Positions 1-12,329 of a stretch of 64,000 nt of DNA are shown one piece after another. Where the stretch lies: positions 25,234,001 to 25,298,000 of the forward strand of contig OZ024746.1 of NCBI GenBank assembly GCA_964016885.1. The letters are read 5' to 3'. The notes under the pieces were generated by a model. That model was not told the DNA's origin, did not search any database, and worked only from the letters and a program-made list of their open reading frames with translations. A program made the position numbers and the translations under genes. Origin of the DNA: Eledone cirrhosa. Its lineage: Eukaryota. The first letter of the stretch is position 1, and each line of letters begins with the position of its first letter.

Positions 1-1331
1 TGACTTGATCTTGTATCATCTCCTTCGTGAAGTTCAACTTGTATATATTTTTAAAAACCCTCTGAATGGAAAAAAGGATGAATATTGACGTAAATGGGGC
101 ACGATCCCTATCTTTGGTTTGCATGAGTGGCATGTTGGTATAATGGTTACACATTGGTCCGGCAAATCAAAGATGTGGGTTCGTGTCCTAAGTACATCAA
201 TACTCATCCTTTTTTCCATTCAGAGGGTTTTTTAATCCCAACAAACAGACTAATTCTATTTAGTCAAATACGGCATAAGCACATGTTACTACCTAATTTT
301 CAAATTCGCTATACATTTGTAAACAAAGCTTGCTTTGTGTCTCCTTATATATATATATATATATATATCATCTTATTTATCATTGTTTTAACATTTCCCT
401 GCTAGCAAGGGTTGGACAGGTACATAGTCCAAGTAAGTACAGAAGTGGCACTACTAACCTCCCAGACGAGCCAGGAATCAGCATCTTGCTTACCTATGGT
501 CACACATTCTACCGAATACACAGGAGAGATTGTCATGTCTTTGACACACACAACACACACATATATCATCACCATCATCATCACCGTTTTACGTCCATTC
601 TTCCACACTAGCATGAGTTAGACGGGTTGTTCTGTTATGGGCAATTCCAGGTCAGTTGACCATATCTTGCTCATACAAAACTGATTTGGGCTTGATCTCT
701 ACAGCTTGATGCCCTCCCTAACACCAACCTCATTAACAGTGAGTACTGGGTGCTTTTTTACCGTGGCGCCTAAACGACCACTTTACAGTGTGGACTGGGT
801 GCTTTTTTGTTGTGACACCTACATGACCACTTTACGGTAGAAGGGGTGGGGGCATACTCTCTATATGCTTCAGCTTCAGTTTGTACCTGTGGGAAGTCAG
901 ATCTACTGTATTACTGCATAGCGCCTTACTTTTGAGATCGATAACTTTATTTTTCTCACAATCTTTTTCCTCAAATTTAGCAATTGTCTTTTCTATACCT
1001 TCTTCTCCTACTTATGTAAATCTGTTTTTATACATATATATATGCCTGTCTACATGAGTGTGTGTGTGTGTGTGAGAAAAATGAAAGACAAAGTTGACCT
1101 TGGTGGGATTTAAACTCAGAGTGCAATGAGTTGGAACAAATATCACAAGATATTTTGTCTTATGCCCTATATCTTTCATGACCAGATTTCTAATTAAATA
1201 CATTGCCTATGATTTTCAATAATCTTACCTTATTCCTTCCATTGTTTTGGTTAGTAAATTAAAAATTTAACTCTATTTCCAACATTGTTTTGTAGATTTA
1301 GTGTTGCATAGAGAACACAATAGCTGGAAGA

Positions 1332-1470
1332 ATGACGCTAGATCTGCACACTGTGAAAGAAGACTTTGCTGTTATGGTCCAGAAGGTGCAACCATGGACA
1401 TTATCACAATTTGTTATGTGGTTAGATTTGAAAGTTGCTGAATATAAAGTCCATGGCTACATGATTTTGG
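1332..1470 (+). CDS. Uncharacterised gene A, first coding exon (MTLDLHTVKEDFAVMVQKVQPWTLSQFVMWLDLKVAEYKVHGYMIL-)
   Basis: Acceptor ttttgtag ends at 1295, ATG at 1332, open frame to G|gtgaat donor at 1470. Its phase 1 joins in frame to the exon at 4989. Confidence 0.7.
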
Positions 1471-1639
1471 GTGAATAACAATTTTATTACTGCTTTATTA
1501 GACTGTGGCCATATTGGAGTACAGCCTTAAACAGATTTTAATCAATCAAATACTTATTCTTTCAAGACAGGAACTCATCTTATCAATCTCTTTATTGTTG
1601 AACCACTAAGTTACAGAACATAAAACAAAGTCACACATA

Positions 1640-1662
1640 CATACATATATATATTGTATATA

Positions 1663-1704
<42 letters not shown>

Positions 1705-1716
1705 TAGATATATATA

Positions 1717-1803
<87 letters not shown>

Positions 1804-1869
1804 TATAAATATACACACATATACATAATAAATATATATATATATATATATATTATGTATATATGTGTA

Positions 1870-1928
<59 letters not shown>

Positions 1929-2881
1929 ATATATATGTGTGTGTGTGTGTATATATATATATGTATATATCAACAGTTGATCGATTTTCGTCAAATCAGA
2001 CCTAGGAAACAATGTTTCCATTGGTCGCAACTCCAGGCAGAAGGAGCAATCTGGAATAAAGTGTTTTACCCAAGGACATAATGCATCGCCTGGTCTGGGA
2101 ATCGAACTCACAATCTCACCATTGCGAATTCAATTCTCTAACCACTCAGCCACGCGCCTTATATATATGTATGTATATATATATAAGCAGACGTAAAATG
2201 ATGATGATGATATATACACGCACATATATATATATATATGTGTGTGTATATATATATACATATATATGTGTGTGTGTGTATGTGCATATATATATATGTG
2301 TATATATATATATGTGTGTGTGTGAATATATATATGTATGTATGTATATATATATGTGTGTCACGCAGGTTTATGTATGTGTGCGCGTCTTTGTGTAAGT
2401 GCATGTATGTATATGCTTGCATGGTGGGTGTTTTCAGGTATGCATGTGTATGTGCGTATATAGATGCGTGTATGTATATATTTAATTATTATTACTTTGG
2501 TTTTGTCTGCGTGTAATTGTTCTCATCACTCCACATAACAACGTTTTTCGAAATATTTACTTCTTCGTTCACAGATTGATTTTTTTTTAGTTTCAGAAGA
2601 TCCCATTAAGGGTGAAAGCAGCGATTCTTTGCTTAAACTTTAATCTGTTATTTTAATAAATATTTGCTCTAGGTTTCTTATATATTTGATATATATTTAT
2701 CCTTATCAAGCCCTCTTTGGATTTTAGTCTTCACATTTATTATTATTACTATGTATATATATATATATATGTATATATATATGTATATGTATATATGTAT
2801 ATATATATGTATATATATATATGTATATATGTATATGTATATGTATATATATATGTATATGTATATATGTATATATATATG

Positions 2882-2952
<71 letters not shown>

Positions 2953-3611
2953 GTATATATATGTATATGTATATATATATATGTATATATATGTGTATAT
3001 ATATATATGTATATATATATATATGTATATATATATGTATATATATATATGTATATATATATATATGTATATATATATGTATATATTTATATACATATAT
3101 ATATATGTATATATATATATGTATATATATATGTACATATATATATATGTATATATATATATGTATATATATATGTATATATATATATATGTATATATAT
3201 ATATGTATATATTTATATACATATATATATATGTATATATATATGTATATATATATATGTGTATATATATATATATGTGTATATTTATATACATATATAT
3301 ATGTGTATATTTATATACATATATATATATGTATATATTTATATACATATATATATATGTATATATTTATATACATATATATATATGTATATATTTATAT
3401 ACATATATATATATATACATTATATACATATATATATATATACATATATATACATATATATGTACATACATATATATATATACATATATATGTACATACA
3501 TATATATATATATATACATATATATGTACATATATAATAAATGTATATATATATATATATATGTATGTATATATATATGTATGTATATATGTATGTATAT
3601 ATATATGTATG

Positions 3612-3662
<51 letters not shown>

Positions 3663-3745
3663 GTAATTATATATATGTATGTCTATATATATATGTATGT
3701 ATATATGTAATTATATATATGTATGTGTATATATATATGTATGTC

Positions 3746-3776
<31 letters not shown>

Positions 3777-3795
3777 GTGTGTGTGTGTATATATA
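1640..3795. repeat. (AT)n/(ATGT)n/(GT)n microsatellite fields (about 1640-1970, 2160-2480, 2750-3795)
   Basis: Seen directly; source of the YIYI ORFs. Confidence 0.95.
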
Positions 3796-4110
3796 AATCA
3801 GTATGTTAAGAAAAACAGTCAAGGCGTGATTTGAAAAACGTATTTAATTACACACTCTTATATGTGTTTCATCATTGAGTTACATCACAAGGTCTGTGAT
3901 AGCTGTTTAGAGATATTAATTTTTCTCATCACTGTCTCGCAATACTCTGCTACTCAACAAATCTTCAGAGAATAAATACCTTTATATTATATCACGTGGC
4001 TCAATTATACACATTGATAAAACTATTCGGTAAGCTGCTTCTTCATTAAAATTTGCATAATCACTCCACAAGTGAAAACTACCTTATCTTCTTATATATA
4101 TATATATATA

Positions 4111-4498
4111 TCATCATCATCATCATCATTTTACGTCCACTTTTCCCTGCTTGCAAGGGTGGGACGGGAACTGATTCTGGCTTGATTTCTACAGCTGGAT
4201 GCCCTTCCTAAAACTAACCTCATTTACAGTGAGTGCTGAGTGCTTTTTTTTCTGTGGCGCCTACATGTCCACTTTACAGTGTGGGCTGGGTGTTTTTTTG
4301 CCGTGGTACCTCCACGACCTCTTTTCAGTGGAATGATAGGAAACCCAGTCCTATCATCTCATTTCTACAGCTGAGTAAACTGGAGCAATGTGAAATAAAG
4401 AGTCTTGCTCAAGGAAACAACACATCACCCGGTCTGAGAATTGAACTCACAACCTTTCGATTGCAAGGCCAATGCTCTAACCACTAAGCCATGTGCCT
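4111..4498 (-). mobile_element. Full-length composite SINE (tRNA-like head, core, ~41-bp internal units, RTE-like tail ending in (GAT)n)
   Basis: Reverse complement starts GGCACATGGCTTAGTGGTTAGAGC...GAGTTCAATTC (A/B boxes) and ends GGACGTAAAATGATGATG. Close match to 35390-35730. Confidence 0.85.
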
Positions 4499-4988
4499 AT
4501 ATACACACATATATATATATTTATACATATGATGGGCTTCTGGTGTTTCTGTCTACCTAATTTTACTGACAAGACATTGGACAACCCGAGGCTATAGTAG
4601 AAGCCACACAGCATGACTGAACCTAGTACCACGTAGTTGTGAAGCAAATTCCTTTATTTCATATTTCATATATATTCAATTAAACTTCTTTTTTTTTAAA
4701 TCCAAAGTAGAGTACAATTTAGGGACACTAGTTGAAGGCCAAAGATGATTTAGTATCACTATTTGGAGACCTCAGCCAGCTAGTGGACAAAATAAAGTAC
4801 AGTTTAGTAGACATTGAGTGGATTGGAGCAATGTAAAATAAAGTGTTTTGCTCAAGGATACAATGTTTTCCCTGCTCCAGAAATTGAACTGACAACTTTA
4901 TGATCATGAGACCAGCACACTAACCACCAAACCACACACCTTCACCAATACTTTGTATTACTGTATTTTCTATAAATTATCTTTGCAG

Positions 4989-6053
4989 ATTATGAGGACC
5001 GGTTAAACAAGCTGTTTCCTGCTGAATTAAAAAAGCACCCTTGCAGAAGTGCTTCATCATCAAAACAATCAGACATAAATACAACAAAAACACATTTAAG
5101 AACTGCCCCGTCAATGATTTCTCCACAGAGTTCTGTGATTACATTAGACAGTGACAATCCCCCCACGACTGTATCTTCACAAAGTGGATTTTCTCGAGCA
5201 CGTAATACAAACTGTGAACTAGACACTGAAGTTACACATGTACAGTTAACCAACCAACAAAACAATCATATTTTTACTCGAAATTCCCAAATTATTGATC
5301 TTGAAAGTCCAACCAGTCCTTCTGGCAGCTTTAATTTTTCCAGAAATGTATCAAAACCTTCTCAGTATATGGATCATGAAAGTCAACCTAAAATTGTAAA
5401 CAACATCCAGAAAACGGGTTTGGGACATTCACGAAACATCACATCAAATCACCCACAAATAAACAACAGTGAAAGTAATTTTTCTGTGAGTGATCACCAC
5501 CAAAATACAGTATTACAAGGATGTGTTGGTAGTGAAGCTAGTGGTCGTGCTATCATAAATATACCTTCACAGAATGTAGATAGCAGACACGAGAACCAAA
5601 CCAACACCAATGTCTGTCTCACGAGAGATGAATCACAGATGGAATTATTAATGGATGTTGTTATTGATGAGGACTATTCACCAGAGAGCTGGAACGAAAC
5701 TTCACCCAGCATCTCTGTCCAGGACAACACCTCAAATAACTTTCAAAACAATAAAGAGAAACATTTACCTCTATTGTCAATACCTGCTAAAAGATCTAAC
5801 TTTTCCAATTCTAATCAGATTAATAACAACAATAATAACAGTAATATTAGTAATAGTAGTAGTAATATTAATAATAATAGTAATAATAGTGATATAATCA
5901 AATTAGATTTGGAAACGATAGACTCTGCTAATGTGCCTGTTACAGACATCAAAATAGAAGATGTGAAACATTGTCTTGATGATGAAAAGTTTACACTGTT
6001 AACAGATGCTACCAACAACCCTAATGATGTCATACATACAAATGGATACTCTG
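4989..6053 (+). CDS. Gene A, large Ser/Asn-rich low-complexity exon
   Basis: ctttgcag| acceptor, 1065-nt open frame containing ORF 5114-6076, G|gtaagt donor (phase 1). Confidence 0.85.
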
Positions 6054-6569
6054 GTAAGTACTTAAGTATCTATTGACCATCATAATATGAGAACAAAATA
6101 TATTTTTCTTTGTTTTATTTTTTTCTTATATTTTCAATAATAGATGGTATGGTGTTTTGGGTTTTTTTTTCTTTTGTTGAAGTTATTATCACCACAACTG
6201 ACAGCACCATTAATATCATCACCAAGTTATGGGCAAATTGAGGCCTGTTTGTCATTCTGAATGGCATGCCTAATTTCAAAATTGCCTTGAATTTCTTAGT
6301 TGTGTGGCCTGCCTTATGATGGGCCACATCCTATAAAAAGTTGGCCTATTAACATCATCACTGACACCACCACCACCACCACCATCATCACCATCTCATC
6401 ACTACCACATATCTTAACCATACAACCATTCTTGTACTTGTCTTAACTTCACAGCCATTGCTGAACCTACCCAAACCATACACCATGTCTGCACCTTAAA
6501 ACTGGACATCTTTTTTACTTCTAGTCATGCAGTTATGAAATTTTAAGTAAATGTTGTTGTATAGCTAGA

Positions 6570-6990
6570 GAATATTGAGAAGAGAAATGGAATGAGTTGA
6601 GGAAGGATGGCAGTGACTGGGTGAGAGGAATAGAGACTGATGAATGTTGTGAAGAGAAATGGAATGAGATGGTTAGGTCATGTGTTGAGGAAGGATGGAA
6701 GTGACTGGGTGAGAGGAATAGAGACTGATGAATGTTGTGAAGAGAAATGGAATGAGATGGTTAGGTCATGTGTTGAGGAAGGATGGAAGTGACTGGGTGA
6801 GAGGAATAGAGACTGATGAATGTTGTGAAGAGAAATGGAATGAGATGGTTAGGGCATGTGTTGAGGAAGGATGGAAGTGACTGGGTGAGAGGAATAGAGA
6901 CTGATGAATGTTGTGAAGAGAAATGAAATAAGATGGTTGGGTCATGTGTTGAGGAAGGATGAAAGTGACTGGGTGAGAGGAAATGAATGT
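6570..6990 (+). repeat. 88-bp tandem repeat (~4.7 units) derived from an RTE-like LINE 3' coding segment
   Basis: Unit restarts at 6641, 6729, 6817 and 6905; it translates to RNGMRWLGHVLRKDGSDWVRG, like the RTE 'RWxGHVxR' motif. Confidence 0.85.
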
Positions 6991-7534
6991 GGAAGGAAGA
7001 TGAGGATGAGGAAGATGAAGAAAGACATGACTAAAATGATGGAGAAGGAAATAAAAGTCAGGGTTTGGTGAGGAGGATGCAGATGATGGGAAAAAATGGA
7101 TAAGCTTGTCACAGGGCCAGCAAAGCTAACCCTTGCTTTAGCTGATAAAATGGTCTTTAAATGCTTATTTGTTGTTTTTAGGTGGTTGACTAAATAACTA
7201 GATGTAATCTTTAGATCTATTATTCCAGATGTACCATGTCTTTGCTTTGCTGTGAATCACACTGCACATCAGCAGCAGCATCATCATATTTATCACCATT
7301 TTCAACATCATCATTATCATTATCATCACCATTATTACCATCATCCTCATCATCACCACCATCCACATCACCATCATCATCCACCCCACCACCACCATAC
7401 TCACCACTGTCCACACCAGCACCATCCACACTGCTGCCATCGCCACCACTATTACAACTACTACCATAAAACACCATAAAATATATATGCTAAGTCTCAG
7501 TGAATCATAAGTCTACATAATGAATATTTTGCAG

Positions 7535-7623
7535 ATTCTGATATTGAAGGTGAGAACAGCCATAGTTCCCAACATGATACTGTAATGGCTGAACGACTAT
7601 GGACTGCTGAAGAACTGAAAGAA
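7535..7623 (+). CDS. Gene A internal exon (DSDIEGENSHSSQHDTVMAERLWTAEELKE)
   Basis: ttttgcag| acceptor, phase 1 in, GAA|gttagt donor phase 0. Confidence 0.8.
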
Positions 7624-7983
7624 GTTAGTGGGATTTTTATTCTTTTATTCTGTAGAAAACTGCCAAACAAAAGGTTGAGAGGACGTTTCAGTTGCGTCAG
7701 GCACGACAAGCTCTCTAATATTGCTGCCACGATAAAACTCATACAGTGCACAATGTATAGTGGTTGGTGATAGGAAGGGTATCTAGTTGTAGAAAACTTG
7801 CAAAGCAAAGGGTCAAGAGGACTCTTCAGTTGTGCCAAAGGCATGATAATTACCCTAGTGCTGATGCTTTGATATAATGCACCTACTATATTCTATAGAG
7901 TGCAGAAATATATGTAAATGAGATGTAGACTCCAGTGCAACTGAGAGGTCAGTGGTTCGAATGAAGATCTCAATATATATATC

Positions 7984-8111
7984 ATTTATTATGGCTAAGT
8001 AATGAGCCTTGTTACTTTGGAATTTCACCTATGCACTCACAAGATTATCAAATAAGACTGTTGTCTGATGATCCTGTGAGTGCACAGGATCACCACTTAG
8101 CCATAATAAAT
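7984..8111. ncRNA. Decayed inverted pair of hammerhead-like motifs (Penelope-type remnant)
   Basis: Outer inverted arms ATTTATTATGGCTAAGT/ACTTAGCCATAATAAAT. The + strand has CTGATGA-TCCTGTG..CACAGG; the - strand has TTGATAA...GGTGAAATTCCAAAGTA with stem I AGTCTTAT/ACAAGGCT. Confidence 0.5.
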
Positions 8112-8494
8112 AAATATCTTAACTCTACTTCGGTTTGAGTATTCATTTTCATGTCCATCAATAATACATTGTGTCCTTCAACAAAACACTTTATTTTGTG
8201 TTGCATCAGTCCATTTAGCTGAAAAAAAATTAGTTGTAATTCAACAAGTCAGCCTTGTCACACACTGTCATGCTGAATCCTCCTGAGAATTACATTTAGG
8301 GTACACATGGCTGTGGAATGCTCATCCACTTGCACAGTAATTTCACAAGTAGGTTGTTCTGTTGATAAACTAATTGAAACACTCAGTCTAATGGAGGTAC
8401 AACAAACAACTTAGAATAATGTTATGTTGATGTAAGATTTATTTTAAAGAGATTTTATTAAATATTAAAATGTATTTCTGTTTCTCTTCTCTAG

Positions 8495-8755
8495 TTTTCT
8501 AATGCTGTAATATCTCGACGCAGATATATCGGTACACGCTTTAAACCAAATATTTCCTTACCTGTATTCAGTGGTTATTTACAGAACATGATAGAGACTG
8601 GCAAAGCTCAGTTTGTTTGGTCAAAGTTAGTTGAACAATGTGCATATCATATCTTAGCACAAAAAGACATTCGTGAAAAACATGACTATCGGGAATTTTG
8701 CCATGCTTTATATCAGCAATATCCCAGTATTGGATTAGAAGGTCCACAACCATGG
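8495..8755 (+). CDS. Gene A exon, globular domain part 1 (FSNAVISRRR...LPVFSGYLQNMIETG...YQQYPSIGLEGPQPW)
   Basis: Pyrimidine tract plus ctag| acceptor, 261-nt open frame, TGG|gtaggt donor. Confidence 0.85.
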
Positions 8756-8871
8756 GTAGGTCTAATTTACCTGTCAGCTTCCTTTCATTTCTTTTCAATA
8801 TTTTCTTCTTTATAAATTATCAAAGTACTGGGAGTGTTTGAAATCTGAAAATGTGAGAGTCCTATACATAG

Positions 8872-8937
8872 AATATAATAATAATAATAATAATGAAATT
8901 ATTGTGTACAGTGCTCAGGTACACTACAACTCATCAA
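8872..8937 (-). mobile_element. Severely 5'-truncated copy of the LINE at 60115-62455 (3' end and (ATT)n tail only)
   Basis: Reverse complement TTGATGAGTTGTAGTGTACCTGAGCACTGTACACAATAATTTCATTATTATT matches about 62396-62455. Confidence 0.85.
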
Positions 8938-9039
8938 TATAACTGTAATAACAGTCAATCAAGAGTAGATAGAAGCACCTCTGTCCACTTTTCAGTCTAT
9001 AAGGGTAATTTATCCAATTTCCTATTAGTCATCATCTTG

Positions 9040-9330
9040 TGATATAGCAGGATACATCATCAGTGATGTGACTTGGTGTCATTGGGTGTTTTGGGTCTTT
9101 CAACAATCAGATAGCACTTATTCCATCATTGGCTGATCCGCAGGCACCTTGAAGCAACTGCTGCCTTTGTGGCTAATTTAATGGCTGTTCATCTGGTTCC
9201 TGTTATGTCAAGCATTTTGTAGGCTCTGTTCAGGAACTGCCTTTCAAATCCTCTGCATTCTACCTCAGTAGCTTCATATCTATCTCACTTACCAGCTCTG
9301 TATACTTCTCCCTCTTCCTCTGTCATAATG
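9040..9330 (-). mobile_element. HERO-clade (R2-related, RLE-type) non-LTR retrotransposon 3' fragment
   Basis: Degenerate translation RKREKYTELVSE..EVECRGFERQFLNRAYKMLDITG..AIKLATKAAVASRCLRI resembles the HERO C-terminus (RK..KY..L...EVGCRGF...ASRWLW); a HERO-like 3' UTR follows. Confidence 0.7.
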
Positions 9331-9784
9331 ATGAATTAACCGCCTGAAACTGCCCTGGTTCTATGATGCTTAACTGTTTTAAAGTGATGTAAAACCTTCC
9401 ATCATAATTTTATATAAAACCTTTGTTATGTTCCAAACACTATCTTAATGATGGGGAAGTTAGTTATATTACTAAATCTCTTCACATTATTTATTATTTT
9501 CAAAATTACAAGCAGTGTCTTTCATTAGAAATTTAGTAATGAAACTATTTAAGTGTTTATATTTATCTAAAAAATTTGTCATAATTTTATAAATGAAATT
9601 TTGTCAAGTTGTTCTCCAAATGTGAAAGCTGGTTATATTAATAATTCCTTTTAAATTCTTGATTATTTTCAAAATGCTTTGAAAATTATAGTTAGTGCCT
9701 TTCATTAGAAATATGATAACAAACGGGTTAAAACTAATGTATGTAATCTAAAATTCTATATTTCTTTTTATTTCAAATTTTCAG

Positions 9785-10039
9785 TCTCATTTCTCAAAAA
9801 CATTATCTCAAAAAATCCGACATATTCGATGGCAGTTAAAGAAACGTTCCACATTAGGTGATGTCCAGAAAAACGCTGTCCCTGGGATGATTGACCCTGT
9901 AAGACCACCTAGTCCGACAATTCCTGGATTAAATTTCTCTACAAATACCTTGACTGGAACCAGTAACACAACAGTCAACACAGTTGTTACATTAACAGAA
10001 AATTCAAACATTCCAGCAACATCTCTGCAAGTGGTATGA
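9785..10039 (+). CDS. Gene A last or penultimate coding exon (SHFSKTLSQKIRHIRWQLKKR...SLQVV*)
   Basis: ttttcag| acceptor, phase 0, open to TGA at 10037-10039. An alternative donor GTG|gtatga lies at 10033. Confidence 0.8.
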   Translation, partial: SHFSKTLSQKIRHIRWQLKKRSTLGDVQKNAVPGMIDPVRPPSPTIPGLNFSTNTLTGTSNTTVNTVVTLTENSNIPATSLQVV

Positions 10040-10764
10040 CTTTATTATTATTATTGTTGTAGTTATTGTCATCATCATCTAGGGCAGTGGATTGGCCAAA
10101 TTATTAGAGTGTCAGACCAAAAAAAAAACAGGCTTTGTGGCATTTGGTTATGGCCCTATACATTCTGAGTTCAAATCCTGCCACGGTCAACTTTGCCTTT
10201 CATCCGTTTTGCATCAATAAAATAAATTTACCAGTTAAGGTGGTGTATGCTTTGTGGTATTTAATAATAACTCTTTATATTCTGAGTTCAAATTCTGCCA
10301 GTATCAACTTTGCCTTTTATATTTCCAGGGTCAATAAAATACAGTACCAATTTAGTACTAATTCGATTTAATTGACTAACCCCTTCCCCTATAATCTCTG
10401 GCCTTCTTCCTATGAGAGAAACAAAGATTAGAAGGTACGGGCAAGATTTGCTTCTCCGACCTCTCAGAACAGTTACTCTGAATAAGAACTACCTCAGGCC
10501 ATAATAACCTATCCAACCCACACCATCATGGAAAGTAGACATAAAATGATGATGAGGGCAGTGAATGATAGAATTGGTAGAGTATCAGACAAAAGCTTTG
10601 TGTTATTTAGTTACATAACTTACATTCTGAGTTCAAATCGTTCTGGTGTCCACTTACATTCTGTTCTCATTACATACAAATATACATACATAAGACAATG
10701 GGAAGTTATTTGAGGAGGATTTGGCTGCTATTTCTAACAAGTAGAGCCGCAGTGTAGAAATATA

Positions 10765-10950
10765 ATTGTTTCTACTTTTGGCACAAGGCCAGCAATTATT
10801 CCAGTGTATTACTGGTACTTTATTTTATCGACCCCGTAAGGATGAAAGGCAAAGTTAACCTCAGCGGGATTTGAACTCAGTCCGCGAAGGGACGTAACTG
10901 TGCTGCAAAGCATGGCGTCCAGCCCTCTACTGATACTGCCAATCCACCGA
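10765..10950 (-). mobile_element. tRNA-derived SINE, second family (GGATTGGCAGTATC...GAGTTCAAATCC...CGATAAAATAAAGTACCAG...AGAAACAATT); representative copy
   Basis: The same sequence recurs near 16525, 17200, 19185, 28967, 32460, 32720, 50785 and 53130. Confidence 0.85.
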
Positions 10951-11583
10951 AGGCATGTGACTTAGTGGTTAAGGTATTGGGTTTGATTCCTAGGATGGGT
11001 GGCACATTGTGTTCTTGAACAAAATGCTTCATTTCACATTGCTCTTTCATGATAGGACCAAATCACCTATCATAAAAACACCCGGGAAACCTTCTGTGAA
11101 GTGCAACCTCATTGGTATGAACTGTAAATTTTATTTTCCATTTTTCTTTCAAGGTTATTGTTCTTTTTCTTTACCCACTTATTCCTGGGTGGGTCACAGA
11201 GGCAGAATCCTCAAACACTTCTTCCAACGGGTCCTGTCAGAAGACACTGTCTCCAATTGATCTGGCTGGATCCCCAAGCGAGACCAGCTGAGCTCATGGA
11301 TGTTATCCAACCATCTTGTTTGGGTTCTATTCCTGGGTATCCTGCCAGTTGGTTTTGCTCATCCAGCATTGTTTTCTTGGTCCTTTTTCCTCTTTTTTTT
11401 TTCAGATAAGAAAAATTTTTTAAGTATATATAAACTCAGGCATATTTTTAACACAGAAAAATATGATTAGCAAAATTTTATCTTTTGAAAAAAAAATGGT
11501 TGTTTTAAGCTGTAAAAAAATTTAATTAATTAATCCTATTAATTATTTGCTGACTTTGGATTTTTTTATGTATTTTTCTACAG

Positions 11584-11592
11584 GTGGACTAA
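11584..11592 (+). CDS. Candidate terminal exon of gene A (VD*) followed by an AT-rich 3' UTR
   Basis: Strong acceptor tatttttctacag|GTG GAC TAA, phase-compatible with the 10033 donor; AATAAA near 11832. Confidence 0.4.
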   Translation: MD

Positions 11593-12329
11593 TTAAATAT
11601 TTTTGTCAGATTGCATCACCTAATCTGAAACGAAACACAGATGTTCTCTTTAGTTAAATCAACCCATTAACAATTAAAAATATTTAAGCATTCCTTAATG
11701 ACTACAAGCCAGCAACAGGAATTTTGATTCGATATTTTAACTTGTCTTTTTTAATTACTATTGAAAATAATTTAAATTGATAAAAACCGAAATATGGCAA
11801 AAGCAAAAATTGCAAAGACAATACCAAAACAAATAAAAAGATACTGAAATTGAACATTTGAATTTTGATTTAAAAATATTAAAACAAACAAAAAAATAAT
11901 TAAAATTTGACATGAAATCAATTAAAATAATTAATTTTTTTATTAAATCACAACTTAAGTTCAAATTTCAATTTCAGGTTTTTTCCTGTATAACTATGAT
12001 TTATAAAAAAACTGTGCTTTTTAAATATATATATATATATATATAAAAACAAATAACGAAACGAAATTAAATTTTGTTTCGTTTGTAACTCACTTTTGTA
12101 TGACTGACGCTTAAACAATTAATTATATATTTATTGTATATATATAAAATTAAAGAAAAATAATGAAAATGAAAAATTAAATTTATATGGGAATCTCTGT
12201 TGTGGATTAGGTATCAATAATTTTGCAATGGACTTTTGATTCTGCTGAAAATGTAACCCTTTTGATACCACATCACCTGATATTTCCCTTGGTTCTATAA
12301 TACATAGTTGTTTGTTTTAAAGTGTATAT

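Noticed and set aside
1720-3796. Long Y/I/M-rich ORFs (up to 359 aa), also 42558-43010
   Set aside because: Translations of (AT)n microsatellites; no coding signal.
6570-6990. Regular repeats resembling a CRISPR array (also 23160-23770 and 29640-29945)
   Set aside because: Head-to-tail units without unique spacers, no cas genes, eukaryotic context.
7198-7479. His-, Ser/Pro- or Thr-rich ORFs (also 38374-38867)
   Set aside because: Trinucleotide low-complexity tracts open in several frames; they do not fit the splice phases of the genes.
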